Part shown: piece after piece, positions 49,672 through 60,288 of the stretch | How the letters are laid out: each line of letters begins with the position of its first letter | Position numbering within the stretch: position 1 is the stretch's first letter | From: Thermoplasmatota archaeon | GTDB taxonomy: Archaea; Thermoplasmatota; E2; UBA202; JdFR-43 | Direction of reading: 5' to 3' | DNA length: 64,000 bases | Assembly: GCA_029259015.1 (NCBI GenBank) | Contig: JAPDJQ010000030.1 | Location: forward strand, 2,130-66,129 | The notes under the pieces: generated by a model | What the model was told of the DNA's origin: nothing | Seen by the model: the letters and a program-made list of their open reading frames with translations, nothing else | Database searches by the model: none | Position numbers and translations under genes: made by a program

Positions 49672-51039
49672 ATGAAAAAAATCTGGCTGTTCTGCATAGC
49701 TCTCTTCATGGTAACAACTCCATTTTATAATGCAACATTTTTTGAGCAGAATGTTTCGCATAAATCCTTTTTAGGCATTGGTGATGATGTAGATCCTCTT
49801 GTAGACCTTTCCATAGATGTTGTCATCAAGCGAGTGAGAACAATAGATATAGACATTAATCAACCGCCATCAATTGTTGTAAAAGTAATAGTTAATGAAG
49901 AAAACTGGCAAAGCGAGACATTTCAAGGATTTGATATAATGAATTTGGGAACAGCTCATTTTGATATTCCTGATGACGAGGAAAAAGTGATTGTAACCAT
50001 CGATGTAATGAAGAATGGAGTGCAGGCAGATGTTAGCAGCAATGGAAACAGCTTGCAAATTATATATGATGTTTTAACTGGTGCATGGAACGGAGATGAC
50101 TGGCTTGGCGATGAAAGCGGCTATGGCCATGCAGGCGGACATGAGGATGGCGTTGTAAATGAAAGTGATTGTGAAATTTGGTTCGATATAGTTCAGAATG
50201 ATTATGATGGAGATGGTTTAACTTACTGGGAAGAAGTAAATGTATATGGCACAGATCCAACGAAAAGTGACCTTGGCAAAGATTATGATAATGATGGTGT
50301 GCCTATTGAATGGGAGGATAAATGGGGGTATGACCCATTTAAAGCAGAGGATCATTCAAAGCTAGATCCAGATAAGGACGGTTTGCAGAATGTTGAAGAA
50401 TGGCAGATGCAGGAATGGTTTGCAGATCCATTCAGGCAGGACATCTATATAGAGAATGATTACATGGAGGAGCATAATGGTATAAAACCGATGATGCCTG
50501 AAGAATCGCTGCAACTACAATATTCTGCTTTTACGAAACATAATATAATGTTGTTGGTAGACAATGGCTTAATGGGAGGCAGCGAAGAAATTCCTTATGA
50601 AGAATTGGATTGGGATAAACTGAATGAAATATATAACGACTATTTTCTGCATAATGATGAGAATAACCCCAGGAAAGGTATATTCCATTATGCTATAATT
50701 ATTCACGATTTCAAAGATTTCGGGAGAGGAGTGGCAGGATTTAATTTTAAGAGAGATGCTTTTGCCGTGTGCAGTGCCTATATCCAAAAATGGAGGCCGT
50801 GGGAAAATGCAATGAAAATAGCTCATGGAGGGGCTTATATGCATGAGCTGGGACATCAATTAGGGCTGCCACATTTGAGAGTATTCCCCTGGCAACTTCT
50901 TTACTGGCTTTCATGGAACTACAAAAGCTGTATGAATTACAGATATACATTCAAAATAGTTGATTATTCAGATGGAAGCCATGGCTTCATGGATAGAAAC
51001 GAATGGGATAATTTAGATTTGTCCAGATTTGAAAGATAA
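49672..51039 (+). CDS. secreted metzincin-like protein (paralog B)
   Basis: Signal peptide; HELGHQLGLPH, SCMNY; extensive identity to paralog A (CEIWFDI.QNDYDGDG, DYSDGSHG). Confidence 0.75.
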   Translation: MKKIWLFCIALFMVTTPFYNATFFEQNVSHKSFLGIGDDVDPLVDLSIDVVIKRVRTIDIDINQPPSIVVKVIVNEENWQSETFQGFDIMNLGTAHFDIPDDEEKVIVTIDVMKNGVQADVSSNGNSLQIIYDVLTGAWNGDDWLGDESGYGHAGGHEDGVVNESDCEIWFDIVQNDYDGDGLTYWEEVNVYGTDPTKSDLGKDYDNDGVPIEWEDKWGYDPFKAEDHSKLDPDKDGLQNVEEWQMQEWFADPFRQDIYIENDYMEEHNGIKPMMPEESLQLQYSAFTKHNIMLLVDNGLMGGSEEIPYEELDWDKLNEIYNDYFLHNDENNPRKGIFHYAIIIHDFKDFGRGVAGFNFKRDAFAVCSAYIQKWRPWENAMKIAHGGAYMHELGHQLGLPHLRVFPWQLLYWLSWNYKSCMNYRYTFKIVDYSDGSHGFMDRNEWDNLDLSRFER

Positions 51040-51146
51040 TGCAAGAATAGATTTCCAAAAAAGAATATAATGCAATAAAAATAAAAACAAAAATTGAAAA
51101 TAACTTTATATAATAATGAAGAATTTATATTTAGGGAGGCAAAAAT

Positions 51147-53714
51147 ATGAAAATAAAAAGATTATTGGTATTTTTGGCAGTATTAGTGTTTGTAAGCAAT
51201 CTTTTCTCTAGCATGACGAGAGGAAATGATGAAAGTTTTGTTGGAGAAGGTGCTACGTATACATGCATATGCATTGTTAATATAACATCTCCTGAAGATG
51301 AAAGCGTGGTTACAAAGCCAGAAATAACTGTTTCTGGGTATGCAAGTGAAGAATGTGGGATAGTGTATCTTAGTTATCTTCATAAATGGGAAAATGGCAG
51401 TTACAGAGAATCATGGAATATTGAAACTCCTGCCCCAACTTACGAATTTGAATTTCCAATTACACTACGTGAAGGATGGAACAGTATAAATGTAAGTGCT
51501 ATGGGGGCTTGTGGAGTAACAGGCTTTGATGAAATAATAGTATTTTATACTCCCGATACAGAGCCACCTAATATTTATATTGAATACCCTGTGAATGGAA
51601 GTGTAGTAACGGATACAATTATAAATATTATAGGAAGTGCAAGCGATAACACTGGCATCTCTTCATGGGGCTACATACATATATGGAATGGAGAAAGAAC
51701 TTCTCAAGTTTTTCCGCTTGAAATTTCACAGCAAAAAATCCAAATTGAGGCAAGCCTAGAGCTAAAAGAAGGGCAGAATATCATAAAAATTTTTGTTGTT
51801 GATGAGGCAGGAAATAACGATTCTGAAAGCATAGAAATTACGGTAGCTCCTGAAGAAGGATTGCTAATTGAATCTGTCTTCCAGCCTGTGCAGGTTGTGT
51901 ATCAATCAGATCCTCTATATGGTAATGATTTAACAGGAGGACCATGTACATGGGAAGCAAAACTTGGAATGGTTGCAGGGAAAAATACTTACTTATTTGG
52001 ATACCCATATAATGAAAGAAATGAAATCAAAATAAAGGTGCATAATAATTATAACACTTCCAAAACATTCAGCTTTGTTATCAAAATATATCCAGATGAT
52101 AAGGAAATATGGCGATCGAACCCTGTTACTGTTCCAGCCAAAACAAAAGTGACATTCAAATATCCTGCTCCTTTGCCAACCCAGCCATTCCAATGGGAGA
52201 GATGGGGAAGCAATCCAAAAATTAAGGAGGGAAGCATTGTATTATTTCTTGATCCAGATCCAACCAAGCCTCCTGCTGATTATCATTGCGAGAAAGTTAC
52301 AGTTAAAGTAAAGATATATTATACGCATGATTTAAAGGTTTTATTTGTTCCATTTACCTTCACCAATGGTCCAGATTTTCCAGATGATTTGAAAATTCCA
52401 GCAACTGGCTCAACTGCCTTTGACAGATGGAGATGGGATGATTTGGAGCCGTGGTGGCTTGCAGTTTACCCTGTAAGAGAAGAAGGACTTTCTACAGCTC
52501 GCTCTTGGCTCGGAAATCTTAAAAAGAGTGTGGTGGTAGATGGAATTAATGTTGATAGCTTGACTACATATAAAGGGCTTACTGCAAAGCAGAGATATAA
52601 AGTGAGACTGCAATTATACAGGGCTATGGTTGCCGCTTCATGGATGACTTTGTATGACAGAATAGTTTTTCTAGTACATCCAGATATTCTAGAAGGAGCA
52701 AATGGAATGGCAATTATATCGCAGGCAAATGGAAATTCCAAACAGGGAGTGATAGTGAATTGGAGCCAACGCTCTAAAACTGCCGTTCATGAAGTTAGCC
52801 ATACTTATGGCTTGGATGAATCCTATACAGCCGGCACGCCATATAAGGCGGTGGGCTACTGGGTTAATAGAAAAATAGATGTGCTTAATTCAGAAAACAA
52901 CAAAGATTTGATGTGGCGCACATATCCAATATGGGGAGCAACACAAAAATCATGGATTAAAAAGCCGAATTTTAAGATGTTGTTGCAGAGATTTAATCAG
53001 CAGAGAGATCCAGAAGTAGTTGGTATAGTTGGTATGATAGATAAAAACGATAGCATAACACTTTATCCATGGTATAAGATAGATGGCTATGTAGATATGG
53101 AATGGGGAGGATATGGAGATTATATTATCAAAGCATATGATGAAAATGGCAGTCTTATAAATGAAACAGGCTTTAATATTACTTTCATACTTAATATAGG
53201 AGATACTGGGGGAATAAAAGTAAATGAAACTATATTTTCTTTCCGCTTGGAATGGTTAGATGGCATAGCAAAAATAGAAATAGTAAATGCAACATCTGGA
53301 AAAATTCTGGCAGTGAGAAATGTAAGCGAAAATGCTCCTCAAGTCACTATAACATCTCCATTAAATGAAAGTGTGAAGAAAGGCTTATACACCATAAAAT
53401 GGGATGCATTTGATGCAGATGGGGATGAAATGTGGTTCAATTTGTTGATAAGCGAGAATGGCGAGGAATGGTTCCCACTTGCAATAGAAATACAAAACAC
53501 ATCATTTACTGCCGACTTTTCTATGCTAAATGGAACTTACAAAATAAAGGTGGTTGCAACAGATGGAATAAATACTGGAAGCGATATTTCACAATTTTTC
53601 ATTGAAATGCAAAAGGAGAAAGAGAAAAAAGGAATTCCAGGGTTTGATATAATCTTGTTAATTGGTGCTATATGCACGATAGTAGCAATTTCAGCAAAAA
53701 GAAAAAAGAAATAG
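51147..53714 (+). CDS. surface protein with Ig-like domains, HExxH motif and PGF-CTERM sorting signal
   Basis: Signal peptide; ITSP..G.N.I.V.A Ig repeats; HEVSHTYGL; IPGF, TM helix, KRKKK. Confidence 0.75.
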   Translation: MKIKRLLVFLAVLVFVSNLFSSMTRGNDESFVGEGATYTCICIVNITSPEDESVVTKPEITVSGYASEECGIVYLSYLHKWENGSYRESWNIETPAPTYEFEFPITLREGWNSINVSAMGACGVTGFDEIIVFYTPDTEPPNIYIEYPVNGSVVTDTIINIIGSASDNTGISSWGYIHIWNGERTSQVFPLEISQQKIQIEASLELKEGQNIIKIFVVDEAGNNDSESIEITVAPEEGLLIESVFQPVQVVYQSDPLYGNDLTGGPCTWEAKLGMVAGKNTYLFGYPYNERNEIKIKVHNNYNTSKTFSFVIKIYPDDKEIWRSNPVTVPAKTKVTFKYPAPLPTQPFQWERWGSNPKIKEGSIVLFLDPDPTKPPADYHCEKVTVKVKIYYTHDLKVLFVPFTFTNGPDFPDDLKIPATGSTAFDRWRWDDLEPWWLAVYPVREEGLSTARSWLGNLKKSVVVDGINVDSLTTYKGLTAKQRYKVRLQLYRAMVAASWMTLYDRIVFLVHPDILEGANGMAIISQANGNSKQGVIVNWSQRSKTAVHEVSHTYGLDESYTAGTPYKAVGYWVNRKIDVLNSENNKDLMWRTYPIWGATQKSWIKKPNFKMLLQRFNQQRDPEVVGIVGMIDKNDSITLYPWYKIDGYVDMEWGGYGDYIIKAYDENGSLINETGFNITFILNIGDTGGIKVNETIFSFRLEWLDGIAKIEIVNATSGKILAVRNVSENAPQVTITSPLNESVKKGLYTIKWDAFDADGDEMWFNLLISENGEEWFPLAIEIQNTSFTADFSMLNGTYKIKVVATDGINTGSDISQFFIEMQKEKEKKGIPGFDIILLIGAICTIVAISAKRKKK

Positions 53715-53734
53715 AGATAAAGGATTTTCTCTCT

Positions 53735-54028
53735 TTATTCCACCTTTTCTATTCTTCCTTTTCTCCCTGTTGATATTTGAAGCTGGTTATTCCATTCTTT
53801 TACCCATCCATCTATTATTTTAATTGTTTCATTTATATCAACTAATTCTATTTCATCGTTCCACAAAGTAATCTGCACTGTATCTCCATTTTCATCCTGG
53901 CCAACCAAATCACAAACTCTAGCACTTCCTCCAAATCTTTTCATAACTTTTCTTGTCTCCTTCTTTTCAATTATTTTCAAAATAATTTCATCTACATTAC
54001 TATTCGGTCTTAATTCAGATACTTTCAT
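53735..54028 (-). CDS. single OB-fold ssDNA-binding protein (SSB/RPA-like)
   Basis: MKVSELRP..D..G.TVQITLWN..GWVKEWN..LQI. Confidence 0.8.
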   Translation of the reverse strand: MKVSELRPNSNVDEIILKIIEKKETRKVMKRFGGSARVCDLVGQDENGDTVQITLWNDEIELVDINETIKIIDGWVKEWNNQLQISTGRKGRIEKVE

Positions 54029-54167
54029 TTTATCCAGAAGAAATGTTGATTATGTATTTAAAAGCAACGCAAAAGAGTTTAAATGAAAAGAGATGGATGG
54101 CTTTATTGGCTTAACAGATGTTTTTAAGTTGCCTTTAGATATAAATATCTGCTTCTATTATGCCATT

Positions 54168-54884
54168 ATGACAGTTGGTGTGGTTACAGGAGGAAATAGG
54201 GGAATAGGAAAAGCTATCGCATTAATGCTTGCCAAAAATGGTTATGATGTTGTTTTTACTTACAGAAGTGGAGAGAAAGAAGCAATGGAAACAGCAGAAC
54301 AGCTTAGCCAGAACGGAAATGCAGAATTTCATAAAATGGATGTTACAAACTGGGAAGAGGTCAAGAAAACATTCGATAATATAGGGAATAAATATGGTGG
54401 TATAGATGTTCTTGTAAACAATGCAGGCATTGTAGGCAAATATACATCGCTTGATACAATAACTATAGAAGACTGGCAGAAAGTAATAGAAGTGAATCTG
54501 ACCGGTGTATTTTATTGTTGTAAAGCCGCCCTCCCATATTTAATTAAAGCAAAAGGATGCATCATTAACATGAGTTCGATAGCTGGCAAAGAAGGCGGCA
54601 GCATAGGCGCCCACTATGCAGCTAGTAAGGCAGGTGTGATAGGCATAACCTTTTCTTTAGCTAAAGAACTGGCTAAATATGGCATAAGAGTCAATGCCAT
54701 TGCGCCAGGTCCTGTTGATACAGGACTTTTAAGCGAAGAAATTAAAGAAAAATTGAAAGAGTTCTCTCCACTTAAAAGGATAGCAAAGCCAGAAGAAATA
54801 GCCCATGCAGTGAAATTTTTAATCGAAAATGAATATGTTACGGGAGAGGTAGTGGATGTAAATGGCGGAAGATACATGGACTAA
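54168..54884 (+). CDS. SDR oxidoreductase, FabG-like
   Basis: TGGNRGIG, NNAG, YAASKAG, NAIAPG; start at ATG 54168. Confidence 0.88.
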   Translation: MTVGVVTGGNRGIGKAIALMLAKNGYDVVFTYRSGEKEAMETAEQLSQNGNAEFHKMDVTNWEEVKKTFDNIGNKYGGIDVLVNNAGIVGKYTSLDTITIEDWQKVIEVNLTGVFYCCKAALPYLIKAKGCIINMSSIAGKEGGSIGAHYAASKAGVIGITFSLAKELAKYGIRVNAIAPGPVDTGLLSEEIKEKLKEFSPLKRIAKPEEIAHAVKFLIENEYVTGEVVDVNGGRYMD

Positions 54885-56072
54885 TCATTTCAGCAAATCA
54901 AGATTTTTCTCCAGTCTCCTTAGCTTTTTTTCCATTTTTTCCATCATTTTATTTGCTATTTCTACCAGAATCTTTATGTATTCCTCTCCTCCATAAATAT
55001 TTCCGTCTATGCCCAATGGTGCATCTATTCTTTCTGTGCCAAGTATTTCAACAACAATTTTCCCATTTACTGTCTTTATTGATGAATATTTAAAACCACT
55101 CTGATTCGCTATATTAAGCAATTTTTTGGCATCACCCATTGATATGGTAGAAACATGAAAAATAGGTGATTGCACCAGGAACCAGATTTCTCCTTTCTTT
55201 GCTTTTTTAAGTGCTTCCAACACTTCTTCAAAACTTACTTTTCTGTGCCATTTGCCAAGAAATCTGGCTTTTCTTTTTTGGCCGAATGAGGGTATTTCAA
55301 GAACTGCTATCCTGCCAGAGCAGCTGCTTGTTGTGAAAAAATCGCCTATTGCATTTATTTTTTTAACTATTGGCAGTGCTTTTTCATCTATCTTTCCTTT
55401 TTCAATAGCTTTTTTGAGTGATGAAATCGCTTTACTTCTTGCATTTAAAAAGCGGGAATTGAGCTTTTTTGCCTCCTTACTCAGCTGGAATAAAATATCC
55501 TTGAATTCTCCCTTTCTTATTCCTATCGCTCCCATTATTCCCATCAAAATTCCTGCTACAGTATCAGCAATTATGTCCCACATTGTATTTTGCAAACTAA
55601 CTTGTGCCACTGGCTCTCCGCCAGAAAAGACTTGATCAGAAATAAATTCGGCTATTTCCCACATTGCCCCCATGGCTATGGTAAAAATTGCTATGAAAAA
55701 GCCCATCATGACTAAATCCATGTGAATGCGGGGAGAAAAAACATCCAGAATGTATATGACGATTAAAGCAAAGAAAGCTACTATGGCAGATGCAAGAAAA
55801 TGGGCTATTTTATCATAAAAAGGCAGGGAATAGAGGTGTAGTACACCACCCCATACATGTAAGGAAATGGCAAAGACGAGCAAAAATTCAATGAGCCAGT
55901 GGACAGAGAATTTGATATTCCTTTTTATTATGATAGGAGATATTGCCAGTAAAAAACCGAAGAAACATGCAAAAGCCCATAACCAATCCTTCTTCCATAC
56001 ACTCCATACGCCCATTATGAAAAGAATTATTTCAAGCACCCTAGATAGTACAATCCATATTTTCTTTTCCAT
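54885..56072 (-). CDS. fusion of an integral membrane domain (DUF2238/YjdF-like) and TYW3/Taw3 wyosine methyltransferase
   Basis: N-terminal YDKIAHF..GAMWEIAEF..NTMWDIIAD; C-terminal IDE..IN..TTSSCSGRI..KWH..PIFHV..GFKYS..ERIDAPL. Confidence 0.78.
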   Translation of the reverse strand: MEKKIWIVLSRVLEIILFIMGVWSVWKKDWLWAFACFFGFLLAISPIIIKRNIKFSVHWLIEFLLVFAISLHVWGGVLHLYSLPFYDKIAHFLASAIVAFFALIVIYILDVFSPRIHMDLVMMGFFIAIFTIAMGAMWEIAEFISDQVFSGGEPVAQVSLQNTMWDIIADTVAGILMGIMGAIGIRKGEFKDILFQLSKEAKKLNSRFLNARSKAISSLKKAIEKGKIDEKALPIVKKINAIGDFFTTSSCSGRIAVLEIPSFGQKRKARFLGKWHRKVSFEEVLEALKKAKKGEIWFLVQSPIFHVSTISMGDAKKLLNIANQSGFKYSSIKTVNGKIVVEILGTERIDAPLGIDGNIYGGEEYIKILVEIANKMMEKMEKKLRRLEKNLDLLK

Positions 56073-56146
56073 AAAGATGAATCAGATAGAAAATTTATAA
56101 TCTTCTAACTTCAAAACTTTCTTAAAGCATTTCTATATTCTTTTTT

Positions 56147-58366
56147 ATGAAAAAGAGGGATTTGCTCGTCATAGTAGCAATAATATTTTTCCTTATCTCA
56201 CCATCATTAGCATTTTATGTGGTTCCTTCGATGAAGAGACTTCCAGATGATTTAAATGAAGTTATATACTATGATGGAAAACTTGGTATGCTCAATGAAA
56301 AAACACTTGAAATGGAGTACAGGGATGTAACAATAATAAGGCACATAAAGGCTTTGAGAGAAGAAAATGGAGTTTTGATTGTAAGGGAGGATATAGAAGT
56401 GAGAGATAAATATACAAATGAGGAAATAGAAGATTTCAGAATGACAAAGATATATGGTGTTGACCCATATACTACAGAAAATATAGCAGGATATGGAGAC
56501 TTGGACAGGCTAGGGCAGTGGCTCTTTCCGATAGGTGTTCAAAAGAAAAATTACGAAGTATGGAACAGCGATCTGGACGATGCCTGCAAAAAAGGTTATA
56601 TAGAACCAGAAGAGGCTGTTGCTACAGCTCATTTTTTGGGAGAAGAAGTCCGGGCAGGAATAAAAACTTACAAATATTATGGAAGCCAAGAAAACGTTTT
56701 TACTGGGTATCTTCCAACACTTCCAGAAGCAAAAATGTATTATGGCGGAGAAATCTTTGCATGGGTTGAACCTCAGACAGGCACAATAATAGATTTGCAG
56801 AAACATGTGAGTCAATATGCTGTTTTCCCCGATTTACATAAATTACCAAGTAATCTCAACATAAGTGTGTACTTGATTGGCAACATAAGCATGCTCAATA
56901 CCACCACTGCACAATATGAAAATTTCAATGTGACTGTGTGTAATCATGTGGAGGTTGAGAATGCTACAGAAAATTATTATTTGGTAAAAAACGAAGTTAT
57001 AGCTGAAGATGAAAATGGAAATAGAATAGAAGAACTTTGCTCCTCATCTGTAGATGCTGTAAATCCATATACTCTGGAGTATATACAGATGCTAAGCAAT
57101 AAAAAGGGACTGATGTCTTTTCCAATAGGTGTTCAGAAGAAAAATTATCTCCTCTGGAATCCAGATATAAATAATGTTTCTGTGGCTAAATACAAAGGCG
57201 AGGAGGAAATTGTTGGGTTGAAAGTTTACAAGTATGTGGTTGATGTTGATAACTATTATATTGGAAAGGAGAGCATAGAAGGAATGAGCGATAGATTTGT
57301 CGAGTTATACTATGATGGAACTACCACCTATTATGTTGAGCCTACTTCTGGCAGTATTGTTTATGTTGAAAAAACCGGCCAAGTAAATGCATCATTTCCT
57401 GATTTGCACACAATTCCAGAGAATTTCGCTGGAGAATTGAAAATGGAAGGAGAACTATGGGCGGTTACAGAAGGAAAGAAGAGCATAGAGATGATAAGAA
57501 AAATAAACGTTGAGAATGTTTATTGGGAAGAAGGAAATAAAGTTTTACTCTTAAAAGATGAAACAACAGTATATGACAGAAAAACTGGAGAAAAAATAGA
57601 TATTGCATGCAAAACAGAATACCATGGTGTATATGCCGACACCGCCGAAGAGGCAAAAAATTATGGAGATAGGCAGAGAGAAGGCTTATACACATTTCCT
57701 CCAGGAACAGAAAAAAGAAGTTATTTGATGTGGAATCCAGAAATAAATGCTCCTTCCGTGGTATATTTTGTGAGAGAAGAAGATCACAATGGTGTGCATA
57801 CCTATCTTTTCCAGACAAAGGAGGATAGAGTTGTAAAAGATGATACAATGGGTATGGAGATGACCGTCAGATATATAACAACAACAAATTACTGGGTTGA
57901 ACCAAATACAGGGATAGTAATTGACATGAAAAAAGAATCCGTCAAGGAAATAAATCCTTTGGAAACATTTCTTGGAATCAGGGGCTTATTCTGGATAGAT
58001 GTCTATAAATTAACCCTTTACTTCCCTGAAGATACACAGCAAGAAATGGCGGAGCAAGCAAAACAGATGATGGAACTTATTAAACTCTCAAATTCAAAAG
58101 TTCCTGCTTTGAAAGTTAATATCAAAAGCAAGGATTTGATTGGCAGCATAGAAAGTGCGAAAATGCAGAAGAAACAGATAGAAAAACTCTCAGGAAATAA
58201 AGTGAAAGTGCTTGACTTGACATACTGGACAAGCGAGAAATCAGTAAATCATATGGTGGAAAAGGCGCGAGAAGCATCCTTCCTGCTGATGTTCATGCAG
58301 ATAATAGTGCCTGCTTTCCTAGTTGTTGTGGGGCTGGCGATGATTGCGATATGGATAAGGAGATGA
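56147..58366 (+). CDS. membrane-anchored protein with three tandem DUF3068-like domains
   Basis: Three repeats with FPxGxxKxxY.xWN and [WY]VEPxxGxI; TM helices at both ends. Confidence 0.7.
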   Translation: MKKRDLLVIVAIIFFLISPSLAFYVVPSMKRLPDDLNEVIYYDGKLGMLNEKTLEMEYRDVTIIRHIKALREENGVLIVREDIEVRDKYTNEEIEDFRMTKIYGVDPYTTENIAGYGDLDRLGQWLFPIGVQKKNYEVWNSDLDDACKKGYIEPEEAVATAHFLGEEVRAGIKTYKYYGSQENVFTGYLPTLPEAKMYYGGEIFAWVEPQTGTIIDLQKHVSQYAVFPDLHKLPSNLNISVYLIGNISMLNTTTAQYENFNVTVCNHVEVENATENYYLVKNEVIAEDENGNRIEELCSSSVDAVNPYTLEYIQMLSNKKGLMSFPIGVQKKNYLLWNPDINNVSVAKYKGEEEIVGLKVYKYVVDVDNYYIGKESIEGMSDRFVELYYDGTTTYYVEPTSGSIVYVEKTGQVNASFPDLHTIPENFAGELKMEGELWAVTEGKKSIEMIRKINVENVYWEEGNKVLLLKDETTVYDRKTGEKIDIACKTEYHGVYADTAEEAKNYGDRQREGLYTFPPGTEKRSYLMWNPEINAPSVVYFVREEDHNGVHTYLFQTKEDRVVKDDTMGMEMTVRYITTTNYWVEPNTGIVIDMKKESVKEINPLETFLGIRGLFWIDVYKLTLYFPEDTQQEMAEQAKQMMELIKLSNSKVPALKVNIKSKDLIGSIESAKMQKKQIEKLSGNKVKVLDLTYWTSEKSVNHMVEKAREASFLLMFMQIIVPAFLVVVGLAMIAIWIRR

Positions 58367-60169
58367 TCATTTAAATTTGGGCCTTTTACTCAGCAAAATA
58401 GGCATGGGAAGTTTTCTGAAAGGAAATCCTGCCATTTTCTCGGCTATTATTTCATTTAATTTTTGGATTGTGGTTTCGTTTTCACTGCACTCAAATCTGT
58501 ATCTCGGCTTAAAAATTCCTTCTCTTTCCTTTTCTCCATACACTATTATTATTGGAACCCATTCCTTTTCGGCCTCTCTTATTTTCTTTGATACGCTGCC
58601 ATCTCTGTCATCTATGTCAACCCTCGCATTTATCTTGCTGGCCAGTTCAATACATTCTTCTATGTACTCATCACTTACTGGAATAAGTCTTACTTGTGTG
58701 GGGGCAAGCCAGAATGGAAATGAGCCTTTTTTACCCTGCCGCATTTTCATTGCTTCCTTCTCAAGCAAAGCGCATACACATCTATCTATTCCTCCAGATA
58801 TCGAGGCATGAAGTAAATACGGATATTTTCTCTCATTGCTTTCATCAATGTAAGTTATATCAAATGATTTTGGATTTTCAACGTCTATCTGCACAGTTGA
58901 TAAAGCAAATGCTTTGCCAACAGAATCATTCATATTTATCTCAAATTTCATTACAAAGTAGAAATATCTCTTGTCCCACATTTCTATTAACACGGGCTTT
59001 CCCCATGCCTTAACAAGTTCAATGGCAAATTCCTTATTCCTTTCAAAAAATTCTCTCACAAATCTTATTGCAATTTCCCCATCGATTTCAATAATTCTGG
59101 CCCATTCCAGGGATAACAAAAATTGTTTTTTGAATTCCTCTAAAGCCTGCTTTTCGTCCCTGCATATTGTATGCATATCTGGCATTGTGAAGGCACGCAA
59201 CCTTTTTATGCCTGTAACTTCTCCATGCTGCTCCTTGCGGAAGGATTTTGCCAGTTCAAAAAGACGCAAAGGCAAATTTTTGTATGATATAATCATGTCT
59301 CTCGCCATCAAATACTGACCAAAGCAGGCAGCAAATCGCAGAAACATCTCTCTTCCCTTATCTGCTTTAACTCTGTATTGTCGGGCTGGAAATTTTTTTA
59401 TGTATTTACTCAATGCAGGATGACTCACATCATACATTATGGGCGTCTCTACTTCCATTGCACCCAAATCAAGACACATCTTCTCTACTTTCTCCTCCAA
59501 CAGGCGCTTGATCAAATATCCTTTCGGATACCATCTCATGTTGCCATAGTCTGAGCCTGGTTCATAGTCAACAAGCTCATGCTCTATCATCAATTTAATA
59601 TGAGCTGGCTCCTCCTCTGCCTTTCTGCTTCCAAAGGCTTCGTATTCATAAAATTTCTTTAGCTCTTCATGGCCAGTAAAATCAAATTTTTCTGCTTCTA
59701 TTAATTCGCCATCAGGAGTTAAAATATACCATTCTGATTTTACTTCCTCCTTTATTTCCTCCTCCTTTTTGCATTCTATCTGCCTTGACAACTCTGCCAG
59801 GGGATGCCCTTTGCAGCTTATTTTAAATGCTTTATACCATCCAAAAGGAGCTCTCTTGACATTATGTTCACTGCTTAACTCTTCTTCTATTGCTTTCAAT
59901 ATTTCAACTGCCTTTTCTGGTGATGCTAAATTACTTGATAGGTGAGCATAGGGGTAAAGCATGATGTTTTTTGTGTTGAGCATGGAGGCAACATTTTTTA
60001 TTTCCTCTACTGCCTTTTCATGCCATTCATCATCTTCCTCGACAGAAATAAATGCCACCAAAACTTCTTCCATTCTATCTTTTTTGTTTTGAATCTCTTC
60101 GGCATTTTCAATTGCCTTTTCCTTTGCCTCATATTCTATAAAATCTGCGTGGATAAAGAGAATCTTCAT
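58367..60169 (-). CDS. thrS: threonine--tRNA ligase, archaeal type
   Basis: Editing domain LYPYAHLSS..APFGWYK..CKGHPLAELSR; RFAACFG, FTMPDMH. Confidence 0.96.
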   Translation of the reverse strand: MKILFIHADFIEYEAKEKAIENAEEIQNKKDRMEEVLVAFISVEEDDEWHEKAVEEIKNVASMLNTKNIMLYPYAHLSSNLASPEKAVEILKAIEEELSSEHNVKRAPFGWYKAFKISCKGHPLAELSRQIECKKEEEIKEEVKSEWYILTPDGELIEAEKFDFTGHEELKKFYEYEAFGSRKAEEEPAHIKLMIEHELVDYEPGSDYGNMRWYPKGYLIKRLLEEKVEKMCLDLGAMEVETPIMYDVSHPALSKYIKKFPARQYRVKADKGREMFLRFAACFGQYLMARDMIISYKNLPLRLFELAKSFRKEQHGEVTGIKRLRAFTMPDMHTICRDEKQALEEFKKQFLLSLEWARIIEIDGEIAIRFVREFFERNKEFAIELVKAWGKPVLIEMWDKRYFYFVMKFEINMNDSVGKAFALSTVQIDVENPKSFDITYIDESNERKYPYLLHASISGGIDRCVCALLEKEAMKMRQGKKGSFPFWLAPTQVRLIPVSDEYIEECIELASKINARVDIDDRDGSVSKKIREAEKEWVPIIIVYGEKEREGIFKPRYRFECSENETTIQKLNEIIAEKMAGFPFRKLPMPILLSKRPKFK

Positions 60170-60288
60170 GAGGATAAAAGAAGCAAAGATATAAAAATTT
60201 ATATGATGAGAGTAAAAATGAAAATGAAATGAATGACTCCGCTGCTTATTGCATGATATGCATTTTTAAATTTCATTTTTTCATTATG

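Noticed and set aside
60201-60285. Imperfect AT-rich inverted repeat between thrS and DUF63
   Set aside because: Low complexity with an indel; compatible with chance
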